From Lama guanicoe (lineage: Eukaryota), in NCBI GenBank assembly GCA_013239625.1, contig MU056050.1:5465366-5529365 (forward strand): a DNA stretch of 64,000 bases. Reading direction: 5' to 3'. The notes beneath the pieces are model-generated. The model was not told the DNA's origin. It saw only the letters and a list, made by a program, of their open reading frames with translations, and did not search any database. The position numbers and the translations under genes were made by a program. Positions 27,268-39,345 of this stretch are shown here, piece after piece (position 1 is the stretch's first letter; each line of letters opens with the position of its first letter).

Positions 27268-30200
27268 TTGACCTAATGCTGGAGGGATGAAAAGGCATTC
27301 TTGGACTGAATTTCTGCCTGCCCCAGAGTACACAACAGGAACCCACGGCTTGTATTGACAAATCTCTTAATTAGAAGATAGGATTCACTCTCAATTAGAG
27401 TAACAGATTGAGGTGTTTCCTTTAAAGATAAAGCCATTGAAACGTATGGAGAAGTTCGGTAGTGAAAAAGGCAATTAGGCATATCACCTGGAGCCTCCTT
27501 GCATTTGCAGGCGTGAATGCACAAACAAAACAATTACTCCACTCAAGAGGTACTTCACTGTGGCTCTGAGAGGGAAGAGGATCAATCAGTGCTGATGAGT
27601 ATTTAACAAATGTCCTCTGAGATTAATTCCCACACACAAAAAAGATAATCACCCCAAGCCACACTACTTTAGTATACTTTTCCTGAAACCCCACTGAATT
27701 TCTGTAAAGGAAGATGAAGATCATACTTAGAACGCATGCAGGAACAAGCGCTTTTTTATTTAAGAATTTACTATATTTTAAAATATCTCCTGTTTTACTT
27801 AGGTAGCCAGCTGAATTTTGTGTCATTTCATTCATTCATTCATTCATTCATTCTTCATTCAATGAGTAGCATCTACAGTATACACAACTCTATAATCACA
27901 TTCAAATGTGTGAAAGAATAATTCACTGTCCTCTAAGGGTTCATTAGAAAGACATTTGCTAAGACATTTCATCAGACAATGAGAGAGAAAAATTAAGTTC
28001 ATGGGTTAGAACACACGTAATGGAAAGTTGGGGCATGTGTGTGCGTGTGTGCACACACACAAGAGAAGTCCTAGTATGAGAAAAATTAGAACATGTAGAA
28101 TACTTAGCAATATGTTGGAGATGAATTGAAAAGGGTGCAGACTTTGAATTTGGTCACTTTTAGAACAAAAGTCACTTAAAAAGCTAAAAATCCAATTATA
28201 AAATTAGACCTTTTCTGTCTATATGATGTCAATTGTACAACTTGATATTTTCATTAAATTTGATGGGTTATCCTAGGGCACAATCACTTTTTTTTTACTT
28301 CCTCTGATTGGTACTAATACATATTTTCATCCATAGGTTACTCATTATATAAGTAATCCTTGTATGTAGGCAAAATATGCCCTCAGAAGATCTACAAAGA
28401 TCTGTTGCCCAGAATAAATAATTCTCCAAATGTTTTTTTGCTGTCTGATATTACAAGAGAAGAAACTCTTCTACTGAATAAGAAGAAATAAGGCTTAAAA
28501 TTGCAATCGAAAAAGAAAGAGAACACAGAAGTTTAAATATATTCTTATGTCCAAATGAAGCAAACACTAGAACCTGGAGATTTCACCCATGACCCATCTT
28601 GTTGGGGAGGATGTCCACGCTGAGTGGCTTGGGGGCGCCTTATGACTTAGTAAACCTTAGAAATGTGGTCCAAATTCCAGGGGCTACAACAAACTACAAT
28701 ATTTTCCTCTGTTCATTAGACATGACAAAAATATTGTCAAAGTAGTTTCAATTAAACAATTTGTCAAATATATGGTTTGCTTGATTTAAAATTTTTACTC
28801 TATTCCTTATTAGGCATTATAGATAGGCATATAGTCATCTATAAGAAAGAATAAATCAAATGTCCTAGATATTTAATAAGCATATTGCAGTCATGAAGAG
28901 AGAAATCAACTCATTTGACAGTTTGTTGACTTTTTTGATACATACTAGAATTTAAAAATAAATGTCAGAGAAGTTTCTACATGTATGACTATCTACTATG
29001 ATCAACAAACAGTTGTCAAAAAGTACCAGACAACCAAGAAAGTTTACTTTTACTTTGCATTTCCATTTAATGTAGGCAACACAACTCATACTTTTGTGTT
29101 GAAAATATGTCCTGCTGATATTTACAAGATGCCTTGCTATTAAAAAATCAGTTCTTCCTATTTCATGATTGCGAATCCCAGACTCAAGAGAGTCCCTTGA
29201 TGGATGCTTATTAACATCAGATTTACAACTTACTCTCCAGTGAAAAGAAAAAGTTCGACTTTTTTTCCTCTAGGGGAAAACACTAACTTTAACAAAGTTT
29301 TGTGAACTCATGCCATCCATATTTATTCCTTCTTTTGCAACTATGATTCAGCTGGAGATGTATAAGACATCAATTTTCAGTAGCACATAAACAAGCTTTA
29401 CACTGCTTTAGACCTAATTTTATTTTCCTCAATTGATTTGAGCTGTTACAATCTGAACTCTAAGCATAGCCATCTGACTTTGAGGCTCTAGATTTTGCAC
29501 AATGTGCTCACCCCAAAGGTACTGTTGTCGAAAAACACATTGGTAATAAATTACGGGGAGTTCGATGCAACCCATCCTCACTACAGGAAGTTCAATACAA
29601 AGAACTTATTACTGGTGATGTGTCAGGGACAAAATCTTTGGCCCAAACAACAGAAAATAATTGTCTCCTTTTTCAGTCTCATTTTTTATTGTTTATACTT
29701 TATGCTCCAACATTTCCAATTTCCCTGTGTCTCCTTATACACATCACAAAGATGCCTGATTTAGACTCTCCTTAGCACTGTCCTCTCTGAAAATTCGTTC
29801 TTTGAAGAACCTACTTAGCCATTAACACATGGCTCTTACCTTAGCTCTTTCAGAAAGCCTTTCTCCCTCCTTTAATCACTTCTTCCACCTCCTCCTAGGC
29901 TGACTGAATTCTCACACCTCTGGTTCTCTTAGCCCTAGGTATGCATATATCATTTTAAGAGTGTATCACCTTAAGCACGTAAGGCTAAAATAATGGAGAG
30001 TCAAAAAGAAGCTTTGGAAAACATCTTCCTTAAGAGGATGTCCCACTGAAAACAAACAGAAATCATCCCAGGGGCCACCCACCGGATTTTTCTTTATTCA
30101 TCAAGCATGATTAAAGTATTTTTTTCTCAAGGTCTATTTCAATCATATCACTTGCCAAATGCATGATTTGCTAGAATTGAAAATTTCACTCTGTTGTTTA

Positions 30201-30689
30201 CTAATAGAGGCAGGCATTTAGAAACAAAGGTGTACTGAACTCTCTGAGATGCCTAAGGTTGGGTGAAGAGAAGAAAGGCTTGACACACACAGTAGCTTCC
30301 ATAAGTAGATTGGGGGGGAAAGGAGCAGCGAGTCACATCAAACAGCAAAACAACTGTGTTGTTCTCTTCTGGGAGCCTAACGAACCACACCAGTAGTTGG
30401 AAGGAGAGGGACAGTGACAGTAAATAATACAGAAATCTCTGGGAAGAAGACAATTCCCACCGATCTCCTAACCCCAAGTCTCCAAGCTAGTCTCCTTCTC
30501 TCCAGGTACCCAGAGTACCAGGTGGCATTCATACATGAGTTCATGGGTCGCTACCCCTCTGGTGATCCTGCAGTCCTCGTGGTTGCAGTCATCTCCCTTT
30601 GTGACTAGTGATGACATTTATGAAGCAACTAGGGTAGAGAATGTGGTAAAGAAATATTTGCTTTTTCATCCTCTCTTTACATAGTCTCA

Positions 30690-32630
30690 ATGTTATAGGG
30701 AGTCTAAAATTGCCTCTCTGCAAAATAAGGTTTTAAGATTAACTGAGGCAAACAAACAAAGATAAAACAACTCCCAAAGCCTCAGGCCCTTCTTCTTGGC
30801 TTTTCTGTCTCAGGAACCACCTCTGGTGCCACCTTGTTTCTCATCCTCAGCTCCTCATGTTCAGATTGCACCTCTGGCGCCATCTTTTTCCTTCCCTTCT
30901 ATGTGACCTAGGCCTCCATCACATATACCCTCAAATGCCCCATTCTAACTCTCCCATCAAACTTCTCCCCTTCTCGGAAACTCTCCCACCCGCATTTCCT
31001 CTGAACTTGTCAGAACATGTCACTTAAAAATGAAGTCCTCTTAAGGATCCAGAAGTTGAATGCTTAATTTATTTTACATCCTGGACCAAAGCTGAACTGT
31101 GAGCCATAGTCAAAGATTCTTCCAAAGCATCCAAAGATCCTCACAAAATTGCCAAGGAATTTACTACAGTCATCTAAACTTACCAGCCTGGTTTCTCTGA
31201 CTTACATCAGCTGGTTTATATGCGTGTTGCTGCAGACCAGGCTCAGCATTAGATGAAAATCATTTGTTCGAAAATCCTGAAAAGTGTTTAGGATTACAAC
31301 TGGGAGACTGGCCCACTAACTTACTATATGAACTGGTTCCAGCAATCACTAAGTGACTTCATCAAGAAATTCCTAAGGCTTTTCCAAAGCCTCTTGATTG
31401 GAAAAAACTGGTATGACATTACAACTCCTTTTGATGTTTTTGTGGAAGCATGTTTACGTAAGGCTACTTTGGCTCAAACAGTTGAATTATACACGTTTTA
31501 CACAGGCTGGTATTTCAGCCAAGGGAAAAACTGTCAATATTTATACTGATAGTAGATAACGCATCTGCAGTAGCTCAGGATTTTGGAATGTTGTGGAAGC
31601 AATGTAGCTTCCTTTCTTCCAGGGGAACTAAAATTTGAAATGGCCCCTGTGCTCAGAAATCACTGAATGCAATACATTTACCTGCCACTTTAGCTATTAC
31701 TAAGCTTCTGATACAGGCTAAACTTGACTCTCCGGAAGCTGAAGGAAATCAACTTGCTGATATTTCTTCAAGAAATGCTGCCCTTAAAAGACAAACGGCA
31801 GACAGACCTCTGTCATGGTCCAAAGGGATATTTCTCGAAATGATAATTTTGAAAAACTGGCTACAGAGGCACAACACTTGGCTTCAGTAAAAGAAAAACA
31901 AGATTAGAAATTCAAGAATTGTTGGTTTGATTTAAAAAAAAAAAAAAGAAAACAAGCCCTGGTTTGGGGCAATGTTCTACTGGCATATCTAAAATTCCCA
32001 TTCCTCACCATTGTACATGCATGTACTGGTCTACTGACAAAATGATAGTGTTCATGAACCAGTATTCGTGAGAAAATATTAACAAGGCTGCAAAAAGTGT
32101 CTATCTCACTAGTTCCACTTGTGTAAAGTCCAACCCAGGGAAGCCTGTTCACACTACTTCCAGACATTTTGAAACTGCCTAAAATGGACCACTCGAGGTC
32201 TAACAAATGGTCTTCATATAACTTCCTCCATCTCATGGATGCAAATGTGTTTTATTCATGGTCTGTATGTTTTTACAGTGGACTGAAGCCTTCCCTTGCA
32301 GACAGGCTACTGCCTTTTCTGCAGCTAAAATGCTTTTGAGAAAGATTATTCCTACCTGAGGAACTCGTATTGAACTTCATAGTGATCAAGGAAACCATCT
32401 ACCTGGCCAGGCACTTTGTTAAGTCTGTGCTTTTTGGCCAGTGTTACCACTTTCATCGTACTTACCATCCTCAATCCACGGGCTTAATTAAACGCACTAA
32501 CATCATTTTTAAGGCTCAACTGGCAAAATTTGTAGAGGCTCTCCATAAACCTTGGCCACAAGCACTGCTGTTGCTCCTTCTGGATCTCAGACTCACCCCT
32601 TTTTGGAATTTGAAAATTGCACCTCTTATG
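30690..32630 (+). mobile_element. ERV1 (MER4-group-like) internal remnant: gag-like, RNase H and integrase, with protease/RT missing
   Basis: Degenerate translations: PWTKAEL.AIVKD (~31080) and IPKAFPKPLDW (~31370); RNase H AQTVEL..AKGKTVNIYTDSR..DFGMLWKQ (31465-31610); integrase GP.EV.QM.FI.LPPSHG..W.EAFPCRQATA, HSDQGNH, YHPQSTGLIKRTN (32185-32510). Confidence 0.9.
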
Positions 32631-32762
32631 GAGTGATGGAAGTATTAGATATCTTGACTGTGGATTAGTTTCATTGGTGTATACATCTACCAAAATTAAT
32701 CAAATTGTACATCTGAATTACATGTAGTTTACTATACAGGAACTATACCACAATAAAGGTGT
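32631..32762 (+). mobile_element. Old L1M 3' terminus
   Basis: gtgatggaagtattagatatcttgactgtgg..ggtgtatacatctaccaaaa..caaattgtacat..ataccacaataaag. Confidence 0.8.
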
Positions 32763-33210
32763 TCTTTAAAACACTGCTTTCTTTTATGATATTTTCATCA
32801 CTTTACTCCATCCTACCAAACTTTCAGAAATATCACAGAAATTTCAACCTACTTTTATGAGACCAATTAGGAGTTCTGTGAATAAATACTGACAAAAGCT
32901 GCCGCTAATAGGCTATCCTCAAAAAGTCAGAGTATGAAAAGGGATATACAATACACCTCTCCAACAACTGATTGAAAATTAAATGATTCAGGTAGGAAAT
33001 CTGGTGAGTTGCAGATAACTAACTCGAATAATTATTGTTACACATCCAAGTCAACAAAATTTTATTTAACCCAAAATCTGTAGCCATGCAAGTGGCAAAA
33101 CTTGGGGTGAAATATAAAAGGGAAGCATAATATGTCGCCCTTGACTAGAAGAGCCTCCGATCTCATTTGACTGACAACACTGAGAAATATGAAACAATTA
33201 GAAAACAAAA

Positions 33211-34256
33211 TTCTTTCACCTCCTTGGTTAGATTTATTCCCAGATATTTTATTACTTTGGGTGCTATTTTAAAGGGGATTGTTTCTTTACTTTCTTTTTC
33301 TGTTGATTTATCGTTAGTGTAAAGAAATGCAACTGATTTTTGAACGTTAATTTTGTAACCTGCTACCTTGCTGAATTCTTCAATCAGCTCTAGTAGCTTT
33401 TGTGTGGACCTTTTAGGGTTTTCTATATATAGTAACATGTCATCAGCATATAATGACACTTTTACCTCTTCTCTTCCAATTTGGATCCCTTTTATTTCTT
33501 TCTCTTGCCTAACTGCTGTGGCTAGGACTTCCAGGACTATGTTGAATAGGAGTGGTGATAGTGGGCATCCTTGTCTTGTCCGAGCTTTTAGTAGGAAGCT
33601 TTTGAGTTTTTCACCGTTGAGTACTATGCTGGCTGTAGGTTTGTCATATATAGCTTTTATTATGTTGAGATATGTTCCCTCTATACCCACTTTGGCGAGA
33701 GTTACTATTTACAATAGCCAAGACATGGAAACAGCCTAAATGTCCATCAACAGGTGACTGGATAAAGAAGATGTGGTATATTTATACAATGGAATACTAC
33801 TCAGCCATAAAAACTGACAACATAATGCCATTTGCAGCAACATGGATGCTCCTAGAGAATGTCATTCTAAGTGAAGTAAGCCAGAAAGAGAAAGAAAAAT
33901 ACCATATGAGATCGCTCATATGTGGAATCTAAAAAACAAAAACAAACAAACAAACAAAAACAAAGCCTAAATATAGGACAGAAATAGACTCACAGACAGA
34001 GAATACAGACTTGTGGTTACCAGGGGGGTGGAGGGTGGGAAGGGATAGACTGGGATTTCAAAACTGTAGAATAGATAAACAAGATTACACTGTATAGCAC
34101 AGGGAAATATACACAAAATGTTATGATAACTCACAGAGAAAAAAAGGTGACAATGAGTGTGCATATGTCCATGAATGACTGAAAAATTGTGCTAAACACT
34201 GGAATTTGACACAACATTGTAAAATGATTATAAATCAATAAAAAATGTTAAAAAAA
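33211..34256 (+). mobile_element. Young L1 with 5' inversion (twin priming) and 11-bp TSD
   Basis: 33211-33703 is an antisense open RT segment ([34 protein letters not shown]). 33704-34256 is the sense ORF2 C-terminus, 3'UTR and polyA. TSD agaaaacaaaa at 33200-33210 and 34257-34267, at a tt/agaaaa site. Confidence 0.96.
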
Positions 34257-35274
34257 AGAAAACAAAAGAAGATAGTATGAATTCAAATGCCAGACTGAGG
34301 GCTGCAAGTAATTAACTATTTTGACACTAGCTGGCCCCATAAAACCATTTATCTACACTCCATCTTTAAATTGTTCAAGCCAAAGGTTTCTCCTTAAATA
34401 ATCTTGTCATATCTTCACTAGGATCTCATATAAACAAAGATGATAAATTAACATGGTTCCCCTAACCATACATGGAATAACTTATCAAGAAATAATTTAA
34501 AACAAAGAAAACTTATCCCAAGGAAGGAATTTGTATTATATATAAAACGCTGTCAGTTCCACGAGTGGAGACATGCGGTGGCATGATCTAAATGTATCCA
34601 ACACCCCAGATGTCTAAAACCAAGCCAACAGACCCTCACCCCCATTTTCTTGGCCACTCAGAAAACATTTCTAAACTTTAACCATAAATAATTCTCGTTG
34701 TTTGATATGATCAATAATTGATACCTTTTTTCCACTACTGATTTGTAAAGCAATTGAGGGCTACGGGAGCAGTAAGGCAGCTTTAGAACTAAATGTCAGC
34801 ATTATTATTGATGGAGCGACTGAAGAACTTGCATTCGGTTTTTGTCAAAGGTGGAATTCTTAATCCTGAACCCCAGTAACAGACAGAGTGTGGTAAAATG
34901 CTGGCCTCTCCCTTCAGGGAAATAGCCGGGCCTTGAAGGTAGCTGAGCGAAATGACTGTTCTCTGCAGAGAGACTGAGCTGAAGGAGAAAGGGAGAGGGT
35001 GCTGACATCCTCATGCCCGGTTCTTTCTCTTGAGTTTACCCCTGGGATAATTAACTCTTCATCCTTTGAGAGAGGGATTCAATAAAGGAAAGAACAGAAA
35101 AGCCAGGAGTTTCCTAATTAATGCTCTTACACATAGACATTCAGGATGAAAGAGATGTTTCAGATGCTTCCTGCTCTCCTCCTTTCCTTGTAACATATAC
35201 TTTCAAGCAAATGCTGTTCCATGAAAAGGTAATGCAACAGACAGAGAGTATGAGTAATGATAAAGATCTCAGGC

Positions 35275-35465
35275 TCAGGAAGCAAACACAGGAAGGTATG
35301 AGTTCCAGCTCTGCAACTTACTAGCTATGTGACAGGACACAAGTTAATCGGAAATCCGAGTATAATTGTAACACATAATCTACAGAGTTATTTTGTGAGG
35401 ATTCTATTAGTCAATCCATATAAAGCACCTAGTAGACAGACATGTGACAAAATACTCAATGATAC
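35275..35465 (+). mobile_element. MIR
   Basis: ttccagctctgcaacttactagctatgtgac..ttgtgaggatt..catataaagcacctag. Confidence 0.75.
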
Positions 35466-36621
35466 TAATTTCAAAGAATAAATGATTTCAGTATAGAATG
35501 ATTAAAAGGATGTTTGAAAGCTTCCCCTGTCTATGTAACCCAGACTGGTATTCTGCCATATTTCCCTAAAGTTATTACTGTAAGAATAACTTTATTATTA
35601 AATTGAGGTTTGGGGTCTACAGAAGACCAATTTGCAAATTTAACGCTTGGAAAAGATAACCCAGAAGTCCATGACATCACATGATCACAATAGTGTGGTT
35701 TCATTGGTTACTCTGCTAGTAGACAGTAGGGCTCTAACAGGGTAGGGCATGAATTACATCAGATTTTGATAAGAAAGAGGTGTAAGTAAGTGTGGACAGC
35801 AAGCTTGGTTGGAAATAGTCTAAGAACAGGGATCAGGAAGATGAAAAATACACAACTTAATTTTTTTCATCATTATGTTTTAGGCTATTCTAAAATACAT
35901 GAGAGACATGTGTGTCTAACACAACTGGTTCTCCCAGGAGTAATTTGCAAGAGGTAACAGTGTCTTTTCCAACAGAAGTATTTCTTAACAGCCTACTGGA
36001 GACCAGCCCCTAAGTATGTCTTCAGATACAACTTTCAATGGTTTTCTTACATCCTCTTGTATATGACCATTCAGTTCTCAAAAATCTGTAAAATCCCAGT
36101 CCTGTGACATAACTGTATTCAATTAACTGATTCTAAACACACTTACCTGACTTCCACTGATACGCTTCTACTTTGCTTAGCTGTTTAGGAACAGACTGAG
36201 TTTGACTGTACAGAAGTAAAACCAGAACTCGCATAAAAGACATTAGAATTCAACCTACAAGTTTCCTATTCCCTAATGTACTTCTTTTCTTATTTAATTA
36301 CTAGCTCCTGGCTGTTCACTTTTTCACCTAGTTTCCATTAGCTCCAACTTGTCCAAATAGCTCTTCGAAAAGAAATGCAGTTATTGTTAAAAGTCATTTT
36401 TAATTGCCAACCCATTTTGTTTCTGATCTCTCTCTGATATAATCATAAAGGCTTCCCATTATCTGTGTCCCTTTATAATCTGACTGCTTTTGTGAGCATG
36501 AATTCATTTCACTTTTCTGCTGCCTTTATCTCTTTCCCAAAATTGTTAACTGTTGCAGCAGACTTTTATTTTATTCCACTTTCCTTTTCTCCTCCTGTTT
36601 CCAGAACAGATTTTTCTTTAC

Positions 36622-36685
36622 CTGGAGATCTTTGAACAGTCCTCTGGGAGGCTGCACTGAATTCGTCTTGCTCTTTACAATTCCT
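36622..36685 (-). other. Candidate 64-nt exon of an unidentified transcript
   Basis: Minus strand: tatttttctttttcag|AGGAATTG...GATCTCCAG|gtaaag. Splice signals only; no recognisable product. Confidence 0.3.
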
Positions 36686-38584
36686 CTGAAAAAGAAAAAT
36701 ACAATCTGTTGTGCTTTAATTATAATTTCCCTTAGGATATGCTATTCTTCCATAGTCAGGAAGCTTAATACTTCTTCCGAGCAAACCAGATTCACTCAAT
36801 TGCTTGCTTCCTCCAAACCTTAAAGCATGCTACAGTCTGAAATTCCATTTCTAACCCAATTTAAGTGGTCCTGGTCACTGGGTTTCCTGCTGACTGAGTT
36901 TCCCACATTTCCAATCGATTTCCCAGGTTAAAATTGGTTTTCTTCACAGCCAAGAATTGACTAAGATCCATTAACTTGACTGCATTTGTTACTCATATAT
37001 CTAGATATATTCTGCTTTTTCAAATTCAAATGACTCGGAGAGAGGTAGGTCTCTATTAGTAAAGTCTGGATAAAAGAACAGTTTAACCACGGTGGTTTCA
37101 CTTTAACTTGTATTAAAAAGAATACATCTGTAAAATAACTCTTAAGAAATGTCCCTACAATATTTTGTCAAATAGAGGTCATTCCTGAACTATTTGAAAT
37201 GAATAGGGTAAGAATGATAAACACTGTCTTGAAAAATTAAAAATTTCAAAACTGCTAAAAAAAGTATGTTTTCTTAATTAAAGCAGGTAGAGGTTATCTT
37301 TCCAAAATATATAATATATTTTTTATATAATACTGAATACACATATATTTGAAATATAGATACACACATATTCTTTAAACCTTTAAACCTTGGTTAATTT
37401 TTAAAATTCCTACTTATTCTTCAGATCTCAGGGGAAAAAACGACCTGTTTTATTATAACCTCACCATGAGAGCAATTGGTGGTTCTCTCTTCTGTGGTCC
37501 TTTGGCACTAATGAATATCTGTGAAATTGTACTTATGATACTGTATTGGAATTATTTAGTCACAGCTGGCTGTAATCTCCGTAAGGGCAAAGACCATCTC
37601 CCACGTACATTTCTGTGAGTATTACTCCACCTCTAGAGTCTGGCATGCTAACTGACTAAATGTAGTAGCTCTTCAGTATAAATCAAAACAAAATCTCCAC
37701 ATTCACTGCTTCAATTTTCAGTCTAAATTGGTAAAATCAGAAAGGAGTAAGTAACTTTAGATGTCCCAAAAGAGTAAAACCACAGCTGTTATCCCAACCA
37801 TCTTACTGGATCCAGCACAGGCTGTCTACTGTTGGGGGAAAGGAAGAGAAGTGGATTTGAGCTCCTCAGTCTTTGCCACGACTCTGATGATGCATCTTTA
37901 TGAAGCTATCATCTTCAAGTCTGAGGTCAATATAATATAACCGACCAAAAGGAACACACTTCGGGAGAAACTGTAAGGTTTTGTAGAAAACATTTGTCCA
38001 AGTTTCCTCATATCATAGGTTTCTTTCTATACTATGTCCTAATATCAGGAGACTGTAAGTGGCACACACACACATACTTCCTAGACTAATAATTATAAAA
38101 GACTGAGTCTTTGGGTGATGCATTTCCTTCAGTGAGGCAGGAACAAAGACACGGTTAGACAGCAACTTAGGTAAAATCTCTCACCTCTACTCCCAGTGTG
38201 GGTTTTTAGATAAACATATGTTCAATATGAGCTAGGAACTTCATGAAGCTTCAGAAAATTAGGTTGTTTCAATAAACGTAAAGCTTTCTATCTAAGGAAG
38301 GTCTAATTCCCACATGTAACTGGTAATCAGGCTGGATTGACACAGTATTAGAAGATCATCGACAAACTAAAGAATCAAAGGAGGCCATCCAGGATGGTGA
38401 GAGGTCTGGGGAAAAAATGTCAAATGAAGAACATTTGAGAAAAGCCTTGACAGGAAAAGATAGGGACAGGAAGTGGGTTTACATCGTCTGTTTAACAGTA
38501 AAATCTTATAGGCAAACATGAGTAACATTGACTTAATTTTTCTTCTATTGATTTTCAAAGAACAAAGAGGAACAATGAGTAGAA

Positions 38585-38785
38585 TTCTGAGTGTGTATTA
38601 TGTGCCAGGCACTTCACATATATCCTCTCATTGAATACTCATAGCAAACCAATGAGTGATACACTAAGATTATCCCCATTTTCAATAGGAGTAAATGAAG
38701 AGTCAGAAAATTAAGTCACATGCCCAAGGGCATACATCTAAGACGGGGCAGAGATGGGAGTCTAGATCTGTCAGAATCAAGGGCA
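38585..38785 (-). mobile_element. MIR
   Basis: tatgtgccaggcacttcacatat..attatccccatttt..aagtcacatgcccaagg. Confidence 0.8.
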
Positions 38786-39104
38786 ACTGCTCCGATTATA
38801 TCCTGTTGCCTTCTGGATCAATGGTACTTAGAACTCTGTAACAACAGTTTAAAATAATGAACTCACCATTGCTGAAAGTGTTATGGTCACATGTCTGTAT
38901 CTGACATGGCTGCTCTAGAGGGGGCACATTGTAATGGAGCAATGAATGTCATTGTATGCTCTGCAAAACCGTAAGAATTCTATGCATCCATATGAAGGCT
39001 GCCATGCTCTAAGCTAAGTGAGGGGCTGCGGCTCAGAGATGTGCACATCCTCCCTTCTTGCAATCAGAGCCATTCTACTTTCATCTGAAGCCCAGCATTA
39101 CTGC

Positions 39105-39345
39105 ATCTTTACTACGCACTGGCCACTGTTTTAAAAACCTCACATGTATTAATCCATTTAATCTTTACAACAGCACTTTAAGGTAGGTGCCAATATTTTC
39201 CCCATTGTATGGATGGCAAAAAAACAAAACAACAAGAACTGAGTCATGGAGAAGCGAACGTCTAACAAGGTGATACAAATTGCGCAGGTGGGAGAGCTGG
39301 GATTTGAAAACAGGCTGTCTGGTATAAGAGTATTCACTCCTTAAT
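39105..39345 (-). mobile_element. MIR
   Basis: ccatttaatctttacaacagc..aggtaggt..cccattgtatggatgg..gagctgggatttgaa..caggctgtctgg. Confidence 0.8.

Noticed and set aside
33163..33690. 175-aa reverse transcriptase ORF as a domesticated or novel RT gene
   Set aside because: It is the inverted piece of a young L1 insertion bounded by TSDs; it is truncated and runs into flank sequence.
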